Position numbers and translations under genes: made by a program. A stretch of 61,445 nt of DNA, the filler included, from Porpidia crustulata (Eukaryota), in assembly GCA_964255105.1 (NCBI GenBank). It is 5 parts of 5 records of this genome, joined end to end, with 100 filler letters (N's around TTAATTAATTAA, not from the genome) between each part and the next. Parts side by side here need not be neighbours in the genome. Positions count along the whole stretch, not along the records: positions 1 to 12,237 come from CAXUWE010000556.1; 4 more parts are not named here. One strand, 5' to 3'. The notes below the pieces were generated by a model, which worked only from the letters and a program-made list of their open reading frames with translations, made no database searches and had not been told where the DNA came from. Shown piece by piece: positions 1 through 12,337 of the stretch; the stretch's first letter is position 1; the number at the start of each line of letters is the position of its first letter.

Positions 1-2025
1 GTGGTAGAATTTCGAGAGATCGGGGGAGGAGGCGGGGAAGGTGCGGTCGAGGACCGAGATGATTTGTGTGGCGGGAAGGCGGACGCAGAAATATTCAAGT
101 TTCGGGGCTTTGGCGGGAGTTGGGCCAGTTCCAGAGGTGCCGTTGGCCTGGAACGGTGGTTTTTGAGCTTTGGATTTATGACTCTTGAAACTGAGGTCGT
201 GCTTGATATCTGGCTGGTAGTCTTTCAAGGCTACGTCGATGGCGGCGTCAAGATCCTCCTTGCTGGGAAGTTCTTCGATTATTTTGGGGTATGCAGCGTG
301 GAGGGCTTTAACGACCGTCTCGAGATTTTCGCGGGATGATACACCAACATCAAGGTCAATGACCTCGTCAAAGCCATCGTCTGGTACGGCACTTTCATCG
401 ACAGGCTCGAAGCGGGAGAGAAAGCCATCCATAATGCCAATGATTTCCGATGAAGACTTTGAACCTGCTTGGATTGTCTGGTGGTTATCTCCTCGAGCTA
501 GGACCCTCTCCTGGGTTACTTTGCGGATCATAGGAAGCATGCTAGACTTGGGATGGTGTACGTAGTGTAAGGCAACGAATCTAGCATCTGGAACCACCTG
601 GTGTACATCTTTAAGAATCTGCTCCCGTTCTCGTTTCTGGTGATTGTTCCTATCTGCAATCAAGACAGGATGAGCAGCTAAAGAGTTGCACACCTGAGTG
701 GCGAACTGCTTTGGTCGGTTCTGCTTTCCAGTAATGTTGTCGTTTTGAACATGTCCCCAATCAAAGAGCTTAGTCAAGGCAATGGCGACTGTCGTCTTAC
801 CACACCCGATGCTAGCAACAGGTAGAAGCACAATGTTCCGATCGATTCCATCTGTCGACCCATCCCCATCAGCTTCCTCTTGTCTGATGATGTCGGAACC
901 CTTAAGACCTCGTTCCTGCAGAAAGCCGTCTCGCATTGCAATGATGCCATGGTTTGCATTGTAAGCCTTTGCGAGTTTAGGATCTTTGGCCAGTTGACGA
1001 CGAGCGTATAGGAGGTATTCTTCGGTGATCTTCTTGTGCTTTTTGAACCTTGGCGCTCGCCCTGCGATGACGGCTTTAGTAGCCTCTCGCCATTGACGAT
1101 ACATTAGATATGGTTCTTCGAATTTGTACTTGAAGAACCAATCCTGGAAGATACCGTCAATTCCACCTTGTTTCCTCTGACATCGTATCACAAAACCCTC
1201 CGTGTCTCGACCATTGTAGGACCCAGTCTCAGCGCAGGTCGCGAGGAAAGTTTTCATGCTTTCGACATCGTCCTTGACTAAGTATTCCGCCTTTCTGAAG
1301 CCCCAATCATCTGCAAACTTGTGGACCAGCTCACTAGGGTAAGTGGTAAAATCAGGTAGGTTCAGGTTTACTCCATGTAGATACAAGCCTGCAGACTTTT
1401 GATCGTAAGCTAGGACATGTTCCTCAAATGTATCGTCACAGAGCTCAGCAACAGCAGTAGCGTTTCGCTTCCTCAGTTCTCTGGCTAGGTCGCGCCGAGT
1501 TTTACCTATGCTTGCCAAATGTTGGTCTATCCATTTCTCTCCCGCGCTTGCATGGCTCAATGCAACATCCTGTCTGGCTCCGGTCGAATGCTTGCTACAG
1601 ACAAGTAATCTATCACCTTCCAAGCCCCCAATAAATATGATACATCCGTTTTCCTTTACACTGAGCTCGTAGGGACCTCTAGTTCTTTCTTCAACATTAG
1701 GCCACCCAGTTTCGTTAACCTCCCCTACATTGAAGAATTTATCGTAACCACGTATCGCAATCTCAGGCGAATTGTCGATCTTTTTGTAGGTAAAGAGACC
1801 GCGGGCGTATGTGGGTAGGTCTCGTCGTTTGTAATCCCACTCCATGAAGCGCCATGAATCCACTGCTAGCCCCTCGGTCTCTTGTATTTGGAAAGTTGTC
1901 CTTTTACAGTTCATGACTTTCTTGCCTCCACCCGTTTTCTTAATACTTGACTCAAGGCCATTTAGCATCACACTGACTGCGTGTACGTCTTGAGGGGCGT
2001 AGGGCGTTTTATATTGGGTAGCCAT
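1..2025 (-). CDS. TRL1: Fungal tRNA ligase Trl1 (ligase/kinase/CPDase), 3'-truncated at window start
   Basis: Manual translation from ATG at 2025: MATQYKTPYAPQD...DSWRFMEWDYKRRDLPTYARGLFT...IRGYDKFFN...GPYELSVKENGCIIFI...CSKHS. Includes the ligase KxNG motif and the later kinase P-loop IAAIGCGKTT-like segment (IASIGCGKTT). Missing from the ORF track because no stop lies in the window. Confidence 0.95.
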   Translation of the reverse strand, partial: MATQYKTPYAPQDVHAVSVMLNGLESSIKKTGGGKKVMNCKRTTFQIQETEGLAVDSWRFMEWDYKRRDLPTYARGLFTYKKIDNSPEIAIRGYDKFFNVGEVNETGWPNVEERTRGPYELSVKENGCIIFIGGLEGDRLLVCSKHSTGARQDVALSHASAGEKWIDQHLASIGKTRRDLARELRKRNATAVAELCDDTFEEHVLAYDQKSAGLYLHGVNLNLPDFTTYPSELVHKFADDWGFRKAEYLVKDDVESMKTFLATCAETGSYNGRDTEGFVIRCQRKQGGIDGIFQDWFFKYKFEEPYLMYRQWREATKAVIAGRAPRFKKHKKITEEYLLYARRQLAKDPKLAKAYNANHGIIAMRDGFLQERGLKGSDIIRQEEADGDGSTDGIDRNIVLLPVASIGCGKTTVAIALTKLFDWGHVQNDNITGKQNRPKQFATQVCNSLAAHPVLIADRNNHQKREREQILKDVHQVVPDARFVALHYVHHPKSSMLPMIRKVTQERVLARGDNHQTIQAGSKSSSEIIGIMDGFLSRFEPVDESAVPDDGFDEVIDLDVGVSSRENLETVVKALHAAYPKIIEELPSKEDLDAAIDVALKDYQPDIKHDLSFKSHKSKAQKPPFQANGTSGTGPTPAKAPKLEYFCVRLPATQIISVLDRTFPASSPDLSKFYH

Positions 2026-2508
2026 GGCTCTTAGTTGAAAAGGAAATTTGGAATGAGCAGACAATTGGAGACAGTTCAGCGTAGTTGCGCGCAGAGAAAG
2101 AGAACTCGAAAATGTGAAATGGGGCCTCGAAAGTCCGAATGTTGCCTTAATTCCTTTCTGGATCATCTGATCCAGTGTACACAGAGATTACAGTATGACT
2201 CCTTCCCCAGGAATCATACACATGAGTCAAGTACTTTCTAGTAAGAAAGGCCACACAAGCGAACGAGCCATTGAATCTCGTAGCAAGGATCTTTATTGGC
2301 TTACACAGGCTGACTGTTTGTACGCTGAGCTCATACGTGATCAGAGTCTAAATTATCTACTCACAGTTGACAGGAAGGTGACTTGGAAACCGATAATACT
2401 AAATGTGTTAAGGAATGGCGGAATACAGTTCCGCGTTAGACATGGTGGGGGTGCAATTCATTGGAATTTGACACTACAGGAAAAGTGCAGAAGGCTACAT
2501 TCTCCGCG

Positions 2509-3189
2509 ATGGCACATCAAAATCCACTGATACTCGCCGCTGACAATAATCCATCGCTTCTTCCATTGCTACGTGAAAATACCTCTCTCGCCTCTACACA
2601 AGACGAGCATGGCTACTCGATTCTCCATGCTGCGGCGTCTTACAATCACCTCGACCTTTTGCGGACTGTCGTCAGTGAACTTCAGGTAGATCCCAACATC
2701 AAGGACGAAGACGGGGAGACACCGCTTTTTGTTGTTGAGACTGTTGAGGCTGCACAGATCCTGATCGACGAGCTAGGGGCAGACCCACAAATAAGGAATC
2801 ATGAAGGCATGACAGCCGAAGAAAAGATACAGGCTGAAGGTGATTTTGTGACGATTGCAGACTTTCTGCGAGAATCGAGAACACGGGGTATTTCTAGTGC
2901 TCTGGGTGCACCAAATGGTACGCATGGAGCGCAATGGACAGATGATACATTATCACATCCGCCGCCGCTTCCGCCAAATGTGAGTGTGAATGTTGGAACC
3001 ATGGAAGAACAGCTTCCAGCAGAGGTGGAAGCCGACCCTCATTTTAGAGCGAGAATTGAAGAATTGGCTGCTAGGGAAGACTTCCAGGGGGAAGAAGGGC
3101 AGCGCCAGCTGAGAGATCTGATCACGGACGCCGTTCGAGGTGTAAGCGCCGACGAAAATGGAAGAGATGTAAGAAGACGGCTTGAATAA
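2509..3189 (+). CDS. Ankyrin-repeat protein (yeast YCR051W-like)
   Basis: DEHGYSILHAAASYNHLDLL and DEDGETPLFVVE ankyrin repeats; likely start MAHQNP at 2509. Confidence 0.85.
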   Translation: MAHQNPLILAADNNPSLLPLLRENTSLASTQDEHGYSILHAAASYNHLDLLRTVVSELQVDPNIKDEDGETPLFVVETVEAAQILIDELGADPQIRNHEGMTAEEKIQAEGDFVTIADFLRESRTRGISSALGAPNGTHGAQWTDDTLSHPPPLPPNVSVNVGTMEEQLPAEVEADPHFRARIEELAAREDFQGEEGQRQLRDLITDAVRGVSADENGRDVRRRLE

Positions 3190-3568
3190 GCCTCTCCAGA
3201 GTAATAAGACATCACCTAAGGACATGGAGAAATCTCGAGGTGATAAAATCATCGACTTTAGTCGGATTGTTTACCTAGTAAGTACCTTGCAGAGAGGGCC
3301 GTACTTGAAAATCAACGAATGTGCATTCTTAAGGATTGTTCCTGCATTAGCAGTGTCTCAATTCGGCGTTCGAAAACTTGTGCGATAATAAGGATCAGTT
3401 CCAAAAACCGATGAAACTGGTTATTGCGATACGACCACACTTAAAATACCATACAGTATGATGCCATTTGGCATAATAGACTTTGGAAATCCTGATATAC
3501 ACCTCCTTTTTAGGTCTAGGTTACATATCCATGCCTATATCTTCTTGTTTCCAATACAGGTATAAATT

Positions 3569-4690
3569 CTATACATCCCCTCGCATGTTTCGGAAGAAGT
3601 CCATGACGCCAGTAAATACAACGAGCAGGATTCCACCACCTGGACCTAGTCGTAATACCTTTGGCAAAAAGCCCTTGTACAGTGCCGAAAATCCTTCCTC
3701 CTTCATGACCGTACCCACAGCCGGCCAAGCCCAGTTATATTTCGGTATCGATCCCACTACCTTTGGCGAATTTTGTATTCTGGATTTGACGACATCCATA
3801 GGTGTGTTCAGGATTGTCCCAATAGTTCCTCCAGTGGCTCCTGCAAGAAGATCGTTGCGCATTTGCGAGCTCTTGTCCTTGGCCGCAGGTAAAAGTTCTC
3901 GGACCTGGAAGATGCATCCAAAGTATCCCGCATTCCACAGGATATGTCTCCAGAGGGTGCTCTCGAGACCGTTATATAACGCCAGAGGTCCCTCGGCTTT
4001 CACAGTCTTAACGACGCAGTCTATTGCTCCAGTATATTTTCCTGCAGAAGCACGATCCTGAAGTCTGATTTTGATGAGCTCGAAAGGCACTACCACGAAA
4101 GCTTCCGTAGCACCAGCGGAAGCCCCAGTCAAAATCGAAAGCTGTTGATTCATTTTGCTGATGCCAAAGATACCGCGCCAGTATTTTCCCCATGCGTCAT
4201 TCGCAGCGAACTTGGTGGCTCTATGCCGGTTGTCAGCATCAATAAGCTATCCGGATTTGATTGAGCCTGACCTTTTAGGGGCTTCCATCATAATTGGCGC
4301 AGATATGCCCCGGTATAGCCGCGAGAAGCCTTCATTCTTGATAATTTTACGGAAGCAGTCGACCATGCCATTGTAACCCTCGTCTCCTAGACCTTTTCCT
4401 TGTTGAAGTTGTCTGCAAATCTTTTAGTAGGGAATTTTGCAATTACCAGGAGGTCTACAGGACTGACACTCGAGTCTTAACTACGTCTAAAGGGTACCTA
4501 TTGATTCCATCAGTCATTTGCGTGCAGCGCCTTTTTGAGTATCGCCGTGATCCTACATCACCAAGATCTACCCAAAATCCATCAAGTTAACGGCGCACTT
4601 AACGGAGGAGCGAACACTCACCTCGCTCACTCCCGCCACTGCTCCTGCCGCAAATTGGTAGATAAACGGTAGAGGCTTGTCTTGCGACAT
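3569..4690 (-). CDS. ODC1: Mitochondrial 2-oxodicarboxylate carrier (ODC1/2-like), multi-exon with micro-exons
   Basis: Exon 1 MSQDKPLPFIYQFAAGAVAGVSE followed by a GTGAGT donor; carrier signatures PFELIKIRLQ and PMDVVKSRIQ; C-terminal KGFLPKVLRLGPGGGILLVVF. Confidence 0.92.
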
Positions 4691-4813
4691 GGCAGCGGTT
4701 CTATCGATTGAAGATTATTTTAAAGTGAATGTTAGTCGATAATCCTCTGGAGGCTCAAGCTTGGCGAGAGTTTACCTTAGCGGCGGAGACAATGAAAGGT
4801 AGCTCCGGGCCGG

Positions 4814-4954
4814 TATTCGTATCCACCCCTCCTTTGATTACACCCCTAGTTCGAACACAGAACCTAGGGTTAGGGCTAAAGACCCCACTGAGCCCTGACC
4901 CTAGGTGCTGTGTTCGAACTAGGGGTGTAATCGAAGGAGGGATGGCTACGAGTA
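4814..4954. repeat. Long inverted repeat / MITE-like hairpin (copy A)
   Basis: 64-bp arms at 4814-4877 and 4891-4954 are reverse complements with 6 mismatches and a 13-bp loop; contains CCTAGGGTTAGGG; TA at both outer ends. Confidence 0.9.
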
Positions 4955-6505
4955 ATGTGAATGCGCATCTCCCGAGTACCTATCCTAAGGTAACTTCAAC
5001 TTCGATTATTCGACAAATAGACCATCACATTACGAGAGCTTTCAAAGGGGTGTTGAATATTCCATTACGCTAAACCTCCCTAGTTGCTATCTCTTGTGCT
5101 AAGCTAGCAGTCATGATTTCTTTGCCTCGAATCAGAACCGTTGCGCTGTCACGCCGTCTTTAATGAATACTAAAAACCGATTATAACATCTGAATCTAAT
5201 AAACGCTAGTGGCCTAGGCCTATCTAATGGCCTGTAAACATCTCTTTCGACCATTGAATTATTCGAAGGTGGCCACGATGATCTAGTAGCAGCGGGTCTT
5301 GGAGTTACGGCGTCACTAAAATCCGCCCTCAAAGGCTTCCTCTAGGGCATCTTGGATGAGCATATTCAAGTATACGAAAAACGGTCTCATAAACGGCTGA
5401 AGAAGCTCGCGATGTCATGGATGGCAATCATTCAACAAGCCGAAGGTTTGGGCCTTGTGAGCGGTCCCAAAGACGGTCTCTACACGCTGGAAGAAGGTGG
5501 TCTCATTTGGAGTAATATATCTGTCATGGTGCGGAGACGGGCATTCGCCGATTGCTGCCAGCTGCACTCCAAGCAACGCTACCTGGGTCTCTTTCGCAAG
5601 ATAGAAAAACCAAAATATCTTGTTAGCAAGTAACATTACGCATGAAACAGCCATCAAGCCTAGACAATGGGCCTTATTGGTTAGAATACCATCAATCTCT
5701 TCCATTGGCACCTGGAAAACAGTGTGACGACACACAATTAAGTGACCGTACCAAATCTAAACTTAAGCTCTTACCACAATTCAAGTCGGAGAAACTCATC
5801 GCCAATCGAGACTCTTTGCAGCAGATTATCACCCCGACTCGGACAAGAAGGAAGCCCCCTTTGATCTTCTCAAAAGTGAGGGAATGAGGAGTGGTCGGAG
5901 GAGCTGGACTTCCAAGGCGGAGACCCTCGAGGCTGAAATCTCGAAAGCGGAAACCTCCAAGGCGCTCAATGTGAAGGCCTCGAAGTCCTGGGAAAAGATG
6001 AAGATCATGAAGATGGAAGCCTCCTCGAAAGCGGCCAAGGCAGAGACGTCAAAGGAGGAGGCGGAAATCTTAGAATGGGAAGCGAATATAGAAATAATCT
6101 CAATAGCTATGACTTCGATACCGAATAAGATGGTCTATTGCCGATCTTGAAAACTGCGTAGTGAAAGACAGAAAATCACTCATACCTCACACACTGACGA
6201 TGCTACTACGCGGACAGATTAGCATATTCGTCTTTCCGACTATGCTTGTAAGTACATTAGAACAACATTCCCCAATGCAAGATGTACATTTTACAAATTC
6301 ATGCGGATGATTGTGACGAGACTGGGGTTTCCGCTTTGTATTTCAATTCTCGATCTGGATTCCAGCACTCTAATGAACAGGGATCGAAGTCCCAATAGTG
6401 TCGCCATATGATGATTCTCCACTAATTCATGCCGAAGAATCAACCCATAACCTTGATTGATTCCTCCCTATATCTTTTGTGATCCTTCCTTGCATCTTTG
6501 GTATC

Positions 6506-6835
6506 TTATCTCAGACGTCTAGCTTCGCGTTCGGACTCGAGTAAGCAAAGAATATCGTCCTCACGGACTGTGAATCAATAAGTTAGCCAATTGTGCCCTG
6601 ATCCCATGAAGAACAAAGCATACCGGGCCCTTTGACATTCCGAATGATGGATCGACTTTGATCGTCCATGAACTCAACACGCACTTGAGTCACGCCGCCG
6701 CGAGAGCCTACCCTCATTTAGTTGCCATCGCCGAGAAGCAATTTCTTTGCTTCAGGTGGGGGAACATTTCATACCTGTTCGGCCGAGGACTCTAACCACC
6801 TTGACAAGCTTAACGGGAACTTTGGAGGAATCCAT
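6506..6835 (-). CDS. RPS28: 40S ribosomal protein S28 (3 exons: 6835-6775, 6707-6624, 6567-6506)
   Basis: Spliced translation [68 protein letters not shown]; canonical GT-AG introns; absent from the ORF track. Confidence 0.97.
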
Positions 6836-7364
6836 TGCAAGTGTATTGTTGTCTTGCTGCGATTTGCGATGGATCAAAGTGGAGGACGTGGTGTAGTAGA
6901 TAATATAAAAAGTTATCTGAAATATGGATGACTTTGGTGCGCCTCGGCAGCAAACGGGCCGAAACAGCCGATTGCCGGATGACGGAATTCAACCGCACTT
7001 TGAGATAGAAATGTCCCTTCAATCCACAAGTTATACCTCATCCATTGACCTCGTCTTGCCATCCGTACGGACATGCGCCTTAGAACAATCGACTACAACC
7101 CTCCTAGCATCTCACTTCGCATCGTCTAGTTTGAACTTCAAGACACAGTGAAGTAGATGGAACTGACAGCATTCATACCTATCACGATGAGCAAAGCGTG
7201 GGCCGTTGAAGACGTGACCAGGGAGACGGCTCGAAGTCCACGGACGATTACATATAAATCGCATGACAGTAATTTTCTTGAGTGCCTGTAGAAAATCGTT
7301 TTTCGCGAACTTTCCCTCTGCATTGCCCCTGCAGTGCTTCATGGCCACTGTGAGCAATATCAAC

Positions 7365-7480
7365 AATACTCCTTCCCACCCTGATCGGACCACCTCACCT
7401 AGGGTTAGGGTCAGATCTACTGATCTTGGTGAGATGGTCCGTCGAGGGGTGTAATTTGGTGAGGAGCAGGAGCGAGTATT
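7365..7480. repeat. Degenerate hairpin element (copy B) in the RPS28/DNA2 divergent intergenic region
   Basis: Ends AATACTC...GAGTATT; inner stem CGGACCACCTCACC / GGTGAGATGGTCCG; shares CCTAGGGTTAGGG, AGGGGTGTAAT and terminal CGAGTA with copy A. Confidence 0.7.
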
Positions 7481-7519
7481 ATTAAATCATGCATGGATGA
7501 AGCGGCGCAAGATCATTAG

Positions 7520-7563
7520 ACGCGACATCAACATATCCGCGTGGACATCGCGTTTCGACGCGA
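7520..7563. promoter_or_regulatory. Cluster of four CGCG-core MCB-like boxes upstream of DNA2
   Basis: ACGCGA, CCGCGT, TCGCGT and ACGCGA within 45 bp, about 85-130 bp upstream of the predicted DNA2 ATG; fits MBF (G1/S) regulation of replication genes. Confidence 0.55.
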
Positions 7564-7646
7564 ACAAAAACAAGTCCTTAGTGGGGTCCATAGGGTCCAA
7601 TCCGTCTTTTCACCAATCATCTAGGGGACTAATTTAATGTTGCTCG

Positions 7647-10600
7647 ATGGCAAGCCGTCAGAAGTCCTTCTTTGATCAGAAGGTGTGTCACCGTCACTAG
7701 CCCTGGGCAAGAGTGCTTCTAACAGTTAAGACTCGGCAATGGCATTCTCCACGAAATAGTAGCCTCTTCAATCGTGCTTCCGGGCAACCTACCAAACCTG
7801 CAGTGACCATGGCACCTATTCTCCCGTCCTCGGAATCAAAGTCGAAGCTTAGAGTGTTTCAGTACGATCACGCCAGTAGAGCGGACGACGAGGAGCCTAA
7901 AGCTGAGGACATCGAAGCTGAGAAAGAGAATACGAGTAACTTGTGCAATGCATCCAAATCTACAGCCGCGCAAATTCTGCCCCGCACTCAGACTATGTCT
8001 CGCAAGTCCGCAGTCAAGGAGAATCGAGAATGCCCGCAGACACCTGTTGGAAGGCTTGCACTGGCAGAGCTTATCGCTAGTGGAGAGGATTTGAACCAGC
8101 AACGCTTCGACTTGACCCCTGTAGAGAGAGTTCTCTGGAACCAGTCCCCTCGCGGCTCTAATCCTACAGCTTCTACGATCTCACATAAGGGCAGGAAGAG
8201 AGCCAACAGCTCCTCCCCTTCTTCGTCGGCGCACAATGAAACATCAAATCACTTCTCCACGGTCAAACCATCCTTGGATCTACAATCACTAGACAAGTGC
8301 CTCAAGACTCCGAAAGCAGACCCGGCGAACGATCTCTGGAGCCGTTACTCTATTACCAATGAGAGGAAATCGCCAACAGAGAGAAGTGGCCAGCCATTCG
8401 CTCATTTACTAGATTCTTCGTCACCACAAACTCCCGCAGCTTACTTACGAGTAAAAGAAAGCGGAGGACTCAGGAGATCCATTAGTTGTACTACAGAATG
8501 GCCTACCTCCATCACGAAGAGACGAAAATTGGACCATAGCCGTGCTCATGAGGAAGCTGAGATGGCTTTTACTTCAGAGAAAAGCACGCACAGCGAGCAT
8601 ACTAAATCGAAGAGATCGAGAGTTAGCCTGCTTGTAGATAGACTGCACGATGAACTTGCGGCGTCAAGAAGAGCTAGCTGCAATGATGTTGGTGGTCCGT
8701 CCAGTTCATCACCTCTCCCAGAGAAGGGTCGAATCTCTCGGATTGCTCTCAGTAATACACTGCGGTCATCGCAGACCGATGAAAATGATCGTTCATCTAT
8801 CACAAGTGAGGTTCGGGATTGTGAAGTTGTCTCGACCACCCCACAGTTGGTTCAACACTTGAAGGCCAATGCGGGACTAGAACACCAGAAGTGTATGGAA
8901 TCGGATTCGTCGTCAGATTTCGGAGACGATGATCTTGACATCGAGATGCTCAGAGCTGTGGATGCGAGTGTTGAAGAGGACTCCTCAACCGCAATGTTAG
9001 AGGCTACTCAACTACTCGATCTCCCAAGTGGGTCTAGGCTCACTGATGGTCGGCCGCAAGAGAGCCCTATAGTGACGACGCCCAGGCCACCAGAGTGCCA
9101 TGGTGCTAGATCCAACATCGCGAATATTGACTCGATTCTGAAGGTCAGTGGCAAGTCTTCGTCCGAAGCGGCGCAAGTGAAGTCCCCACAGGCGACCACC
9201 GCAAGTAGATATGATGAATTTGATGAGGACGATAACGACGTCTCCGCAGCTGAGCTGGAAGATGCAGTCGCTATGTATGACCTACAGCCCCAGACTATAA
9301 CTCTAGAAGGGTATCAGCCCAGCCTGAGCGATGGATTGCCCAATGGACACAATCGCGTGAGCGCTGCAGCCAACATTGGTTCTGGCGCGTACGAATTTGT
9401 TCCTGGCGATGTCGAGGCCGCCGTAATTGATTTATCTTCTGATGATGAGTTTGGTGGCGCTCTTGATTTTGAACAGATAATCGCTGAGTGTACGGAAGTA
9501 AAGCAACTGCCCCAGGTAGCTTCGCAGCCCCATTCTTCTGTATGTATCAAATATTTCGGCCAATCTAGGTAGTGAACTAAATTTTGCAAGCATGACAATA
9601 GATTCTCTACCATCCGACGTTATCTGATCGTGACTGTTGCTGAAGGACAATATGAGACAAGTAGAGGATTACAACCGGAAAAGGTACTCAAAAATCGCTC
9701 TGCCCCTGTCTTGTCACCTACTGATCAAATAAAGGTGTTACTAGTCCAGGATGAAAAAGCTAAACAGGAGAAAGCCATCATGGCTCGCCAATCATGGTAT
9801 GACAGTCCTTATTCGCCTGGATCATACGTCCATCTTATTGGGGAATTCGACCACACTGGCCAGTGTGTGGTAGACGAGGCTCAAAACCTCCTAATTCTGC
9901 ATCCTGATCATCTCATATCAGCGACAGTAGTAGCAGACTCATTCTCGTGTACACGACGAGCAGTCTTACAGGATCGCGTCAAGGCCACAAGTAAATCAAA
10001 CGAACCACAAATCTACGGCCACATACTTCATGAGATTTTCCAGGAGGCAATGAAGGCTAACAGATGGGAGACCGAATGGCTCACTATGGTTGTTGAGAGC
10101 GTTGCTACGAGGTATCTCGAAACCTTGTTCGAGATCAACGTCGAGATGGTAAAGGCGGTCGACCATCTAATGAGCAAGGTCACATATCTACAATCGTGGG
10201 CTGAGATATTTGTCACGGCAAGGCCAAAGGTGAGTCTTACTGATTATAATGATGAAGTCATTGCTAATTACTAATGATTTAAAGTCGAATGCTCTGGTCC
10301 AAGATCGGAATGGAACTCGCACAATGATGAGTATCAATAAGCTCTTGGAGGTCGAAGAAAAAGTATGGTCGCCCATGTATGGTCTGAAAGGAAATGTCGA
10401 CGCTACAGTACAGATTTTGATCGAGGATGGCATCAAGGAGAAGACGCTGGTAGTGCCGTTTGAGCTAAAAACCGGGAAGCATGCCAATCCATCGCATAAA
10501 GCGCAGACTGCGCTCTACACGCTTCTGCTATCTGATAGATACGGTTCGTGATTTATTTGTCATAGTTTGGCATTGAAGACAGGACTGACTCCCCGGTGCA

Positions 10601-12237
10601 GACGTTGAGATCGCGTGCGGCATTTTGTACTATATGGAAACCTCGGAAATCTCACGCATACCTGCGATACGCCATGAACTCATTCATATGCTTATACAGC
10701 GAAACAAAGTAGCATCGTATGTTCGCCAACGCCTCGAACTACCGCCGATGCTGAAGAGCGTCCATCTATGCAATAAATGCTACGCCCAGACCCCGTGTTT
10801 TGTGTATCATAAACTACTCGACGATGGCAATGGTGAGACGAGTGGAATGAATGAGAAATTCGACGAGGTTGTGAAGCATTTGAATTCCAGTCATCAGGAG
10901 TTCTTCGTCAAATGGGATGACTTATTGACCAAGGAAGAGAAGGACATAGTAAAGTTCCGCAGAGAGCTCTGGACAATGCAAAGTTCTGAACGTGAGAAGC
11001 TGGGTCGTTGTTTTGGCAACGTCATCATCGAGGTAGGGTCCTTTGAAGAGATCAAGGACGCTCCGAAGATCAATCGCTACCGCTATACGTTCTTGAAACA
11101 AAAGACATCACCTGGCTCTTCTTTCACGGAATCGCAAATCACTACTGGGGAGCCTATTGTGATATCAGACGAGAAGGGGCACTTCGCTCTCGCTAATGGC
11201 TACGTTACTTCTGTACGAAAGCAAAAGATTCAAGTGGTTATTGACAGGCAACTTCACAATGCCCGGTCCAGGAGCATTCACTTTGACGCGAATAGGAATC
11301 AAAACTTTGTTGGAATCATGGAAGTTCTCGGGGATGGTGATCAATCGACGACGTCAATGCTACCTCAGCCCGAAAAGGTAGTCTCGTATCGCCTAGATAA
11401 GGATGAATTCAGCAATGGGATGGCTATGGTTCGTAATAACCTGGTTGCCCTCATGGATAAAGACATGTTCGGTGCTCAAGCACTGCGGAGGTTGATTATC
11501 GAAGATGTAGCTCCATTTTTCAGGCCCCTAGCAACACCATACGATCTTACCCATACTGCTAGTCAAGCCAAACTCAACGTGGACCAAAAATGTGCTATCG
11601 AAAAAGTTATGCATGCCAAAGATTATGCACTTGTACTTGGTATGCCAGGCACAGGAAAGACAACCACAATTGCCCATATCATTCGAGCTCTGACAGCTCA
11701 GGGGAAAAGTGTATTGCTCACCTCGTACACGCATACTGCAGTCGACAATATTTTGCTCAAGATTCGCAACGACAACATTGGCATCTTCCGCCTTGGCGCC
11801 GTGGCGAAAGTCCACCCTGAAATACATGAATTCGCAGACTTAGCTGGCATTCCAATGAAGACTGTGGAAGAAATTAAGAGGGCATATGGTCGTCAGGTCG
11901 TTGCAACGACTTGTCTTGGAATCAATCATCCATTATTCACTCAGCGAATCTTCGACTACTGCATCGTCGACGAAGCCTCCCAAATCACGCTCCCTGTCTG
12001 CTTAGGGCCCATTCGAATGGCACGTACCTTCATCCTAGTAGGTGACCATTACCAGCTACCTCCTCTCGTCCAGAATAAGGAAGCATTAGTCGGCGGTCTC
12101 GACATCAGCCTCTTCAAAGTTCTTTCGGAGAACCATCCCTCCTCCGTTGTCAACCTCGAGCATCAATACCGTATGTGCTCAGATATCATGGCCCTCAGCA
12201 ACACGCTTATATACAACGGCCGCCTCAAATGTGGCAC
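7647..12237 (+). CDS. DNA2: DNA replication helicase/nuclease Dna2, 3'-truncated at contig end
   Basis: Nuclease motifs (ISATVVADSFSCTRRAVL, GHILHEIFQ, WSPMYGLKGNVDAT, PFELKTG) and SF1 helicase motifs (GMPGTGKTT, VDEASQ, LVGDHYQLPP, QYRM); several introns; start inferred from the short exon MASRQKSFFDQK. Confidence 0.95.
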
Positions 12238-12337
12238 NNNNNNNNNNNNNNNNNNNNNNNNNNNNNNNNNNNNNNNNNNNNTTAATTAATTAANNNNNNN
12301 NNNNNNNNNNNNNNNNNNNNNNNNNNNNNNNNNNNNN
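12238..12337. other. Artificial contig spacer (N44-TTAATTAATTAA-N44)
   Basis: Six-frame stop linker flanked by Ns. Confidence 0.98.

Noticed and set aside
1..964. Plus-strand ORFs at 1-339, 239-565 and 782-964
   Set aside because: Antisense shadows of TRL1
4864..4876. TTAGGG as a true telomere or chromosome end
   Set aside because: Only about 2 units, internal to gene-dense sequence
4814..7480. Hairpins A and B as the two ends of one composite transposon
   Set aside because: The enclosed DNA contains the housekeeping gene RPS28 and no transposase; independent elements are more plausible
12282..12293. TTAATTAATTAA palindrome recurring about every 12.3 kb as a periodic element or piggyBac TTAA site
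   Set aside because: Always centred in N runs; it is an assembly linker
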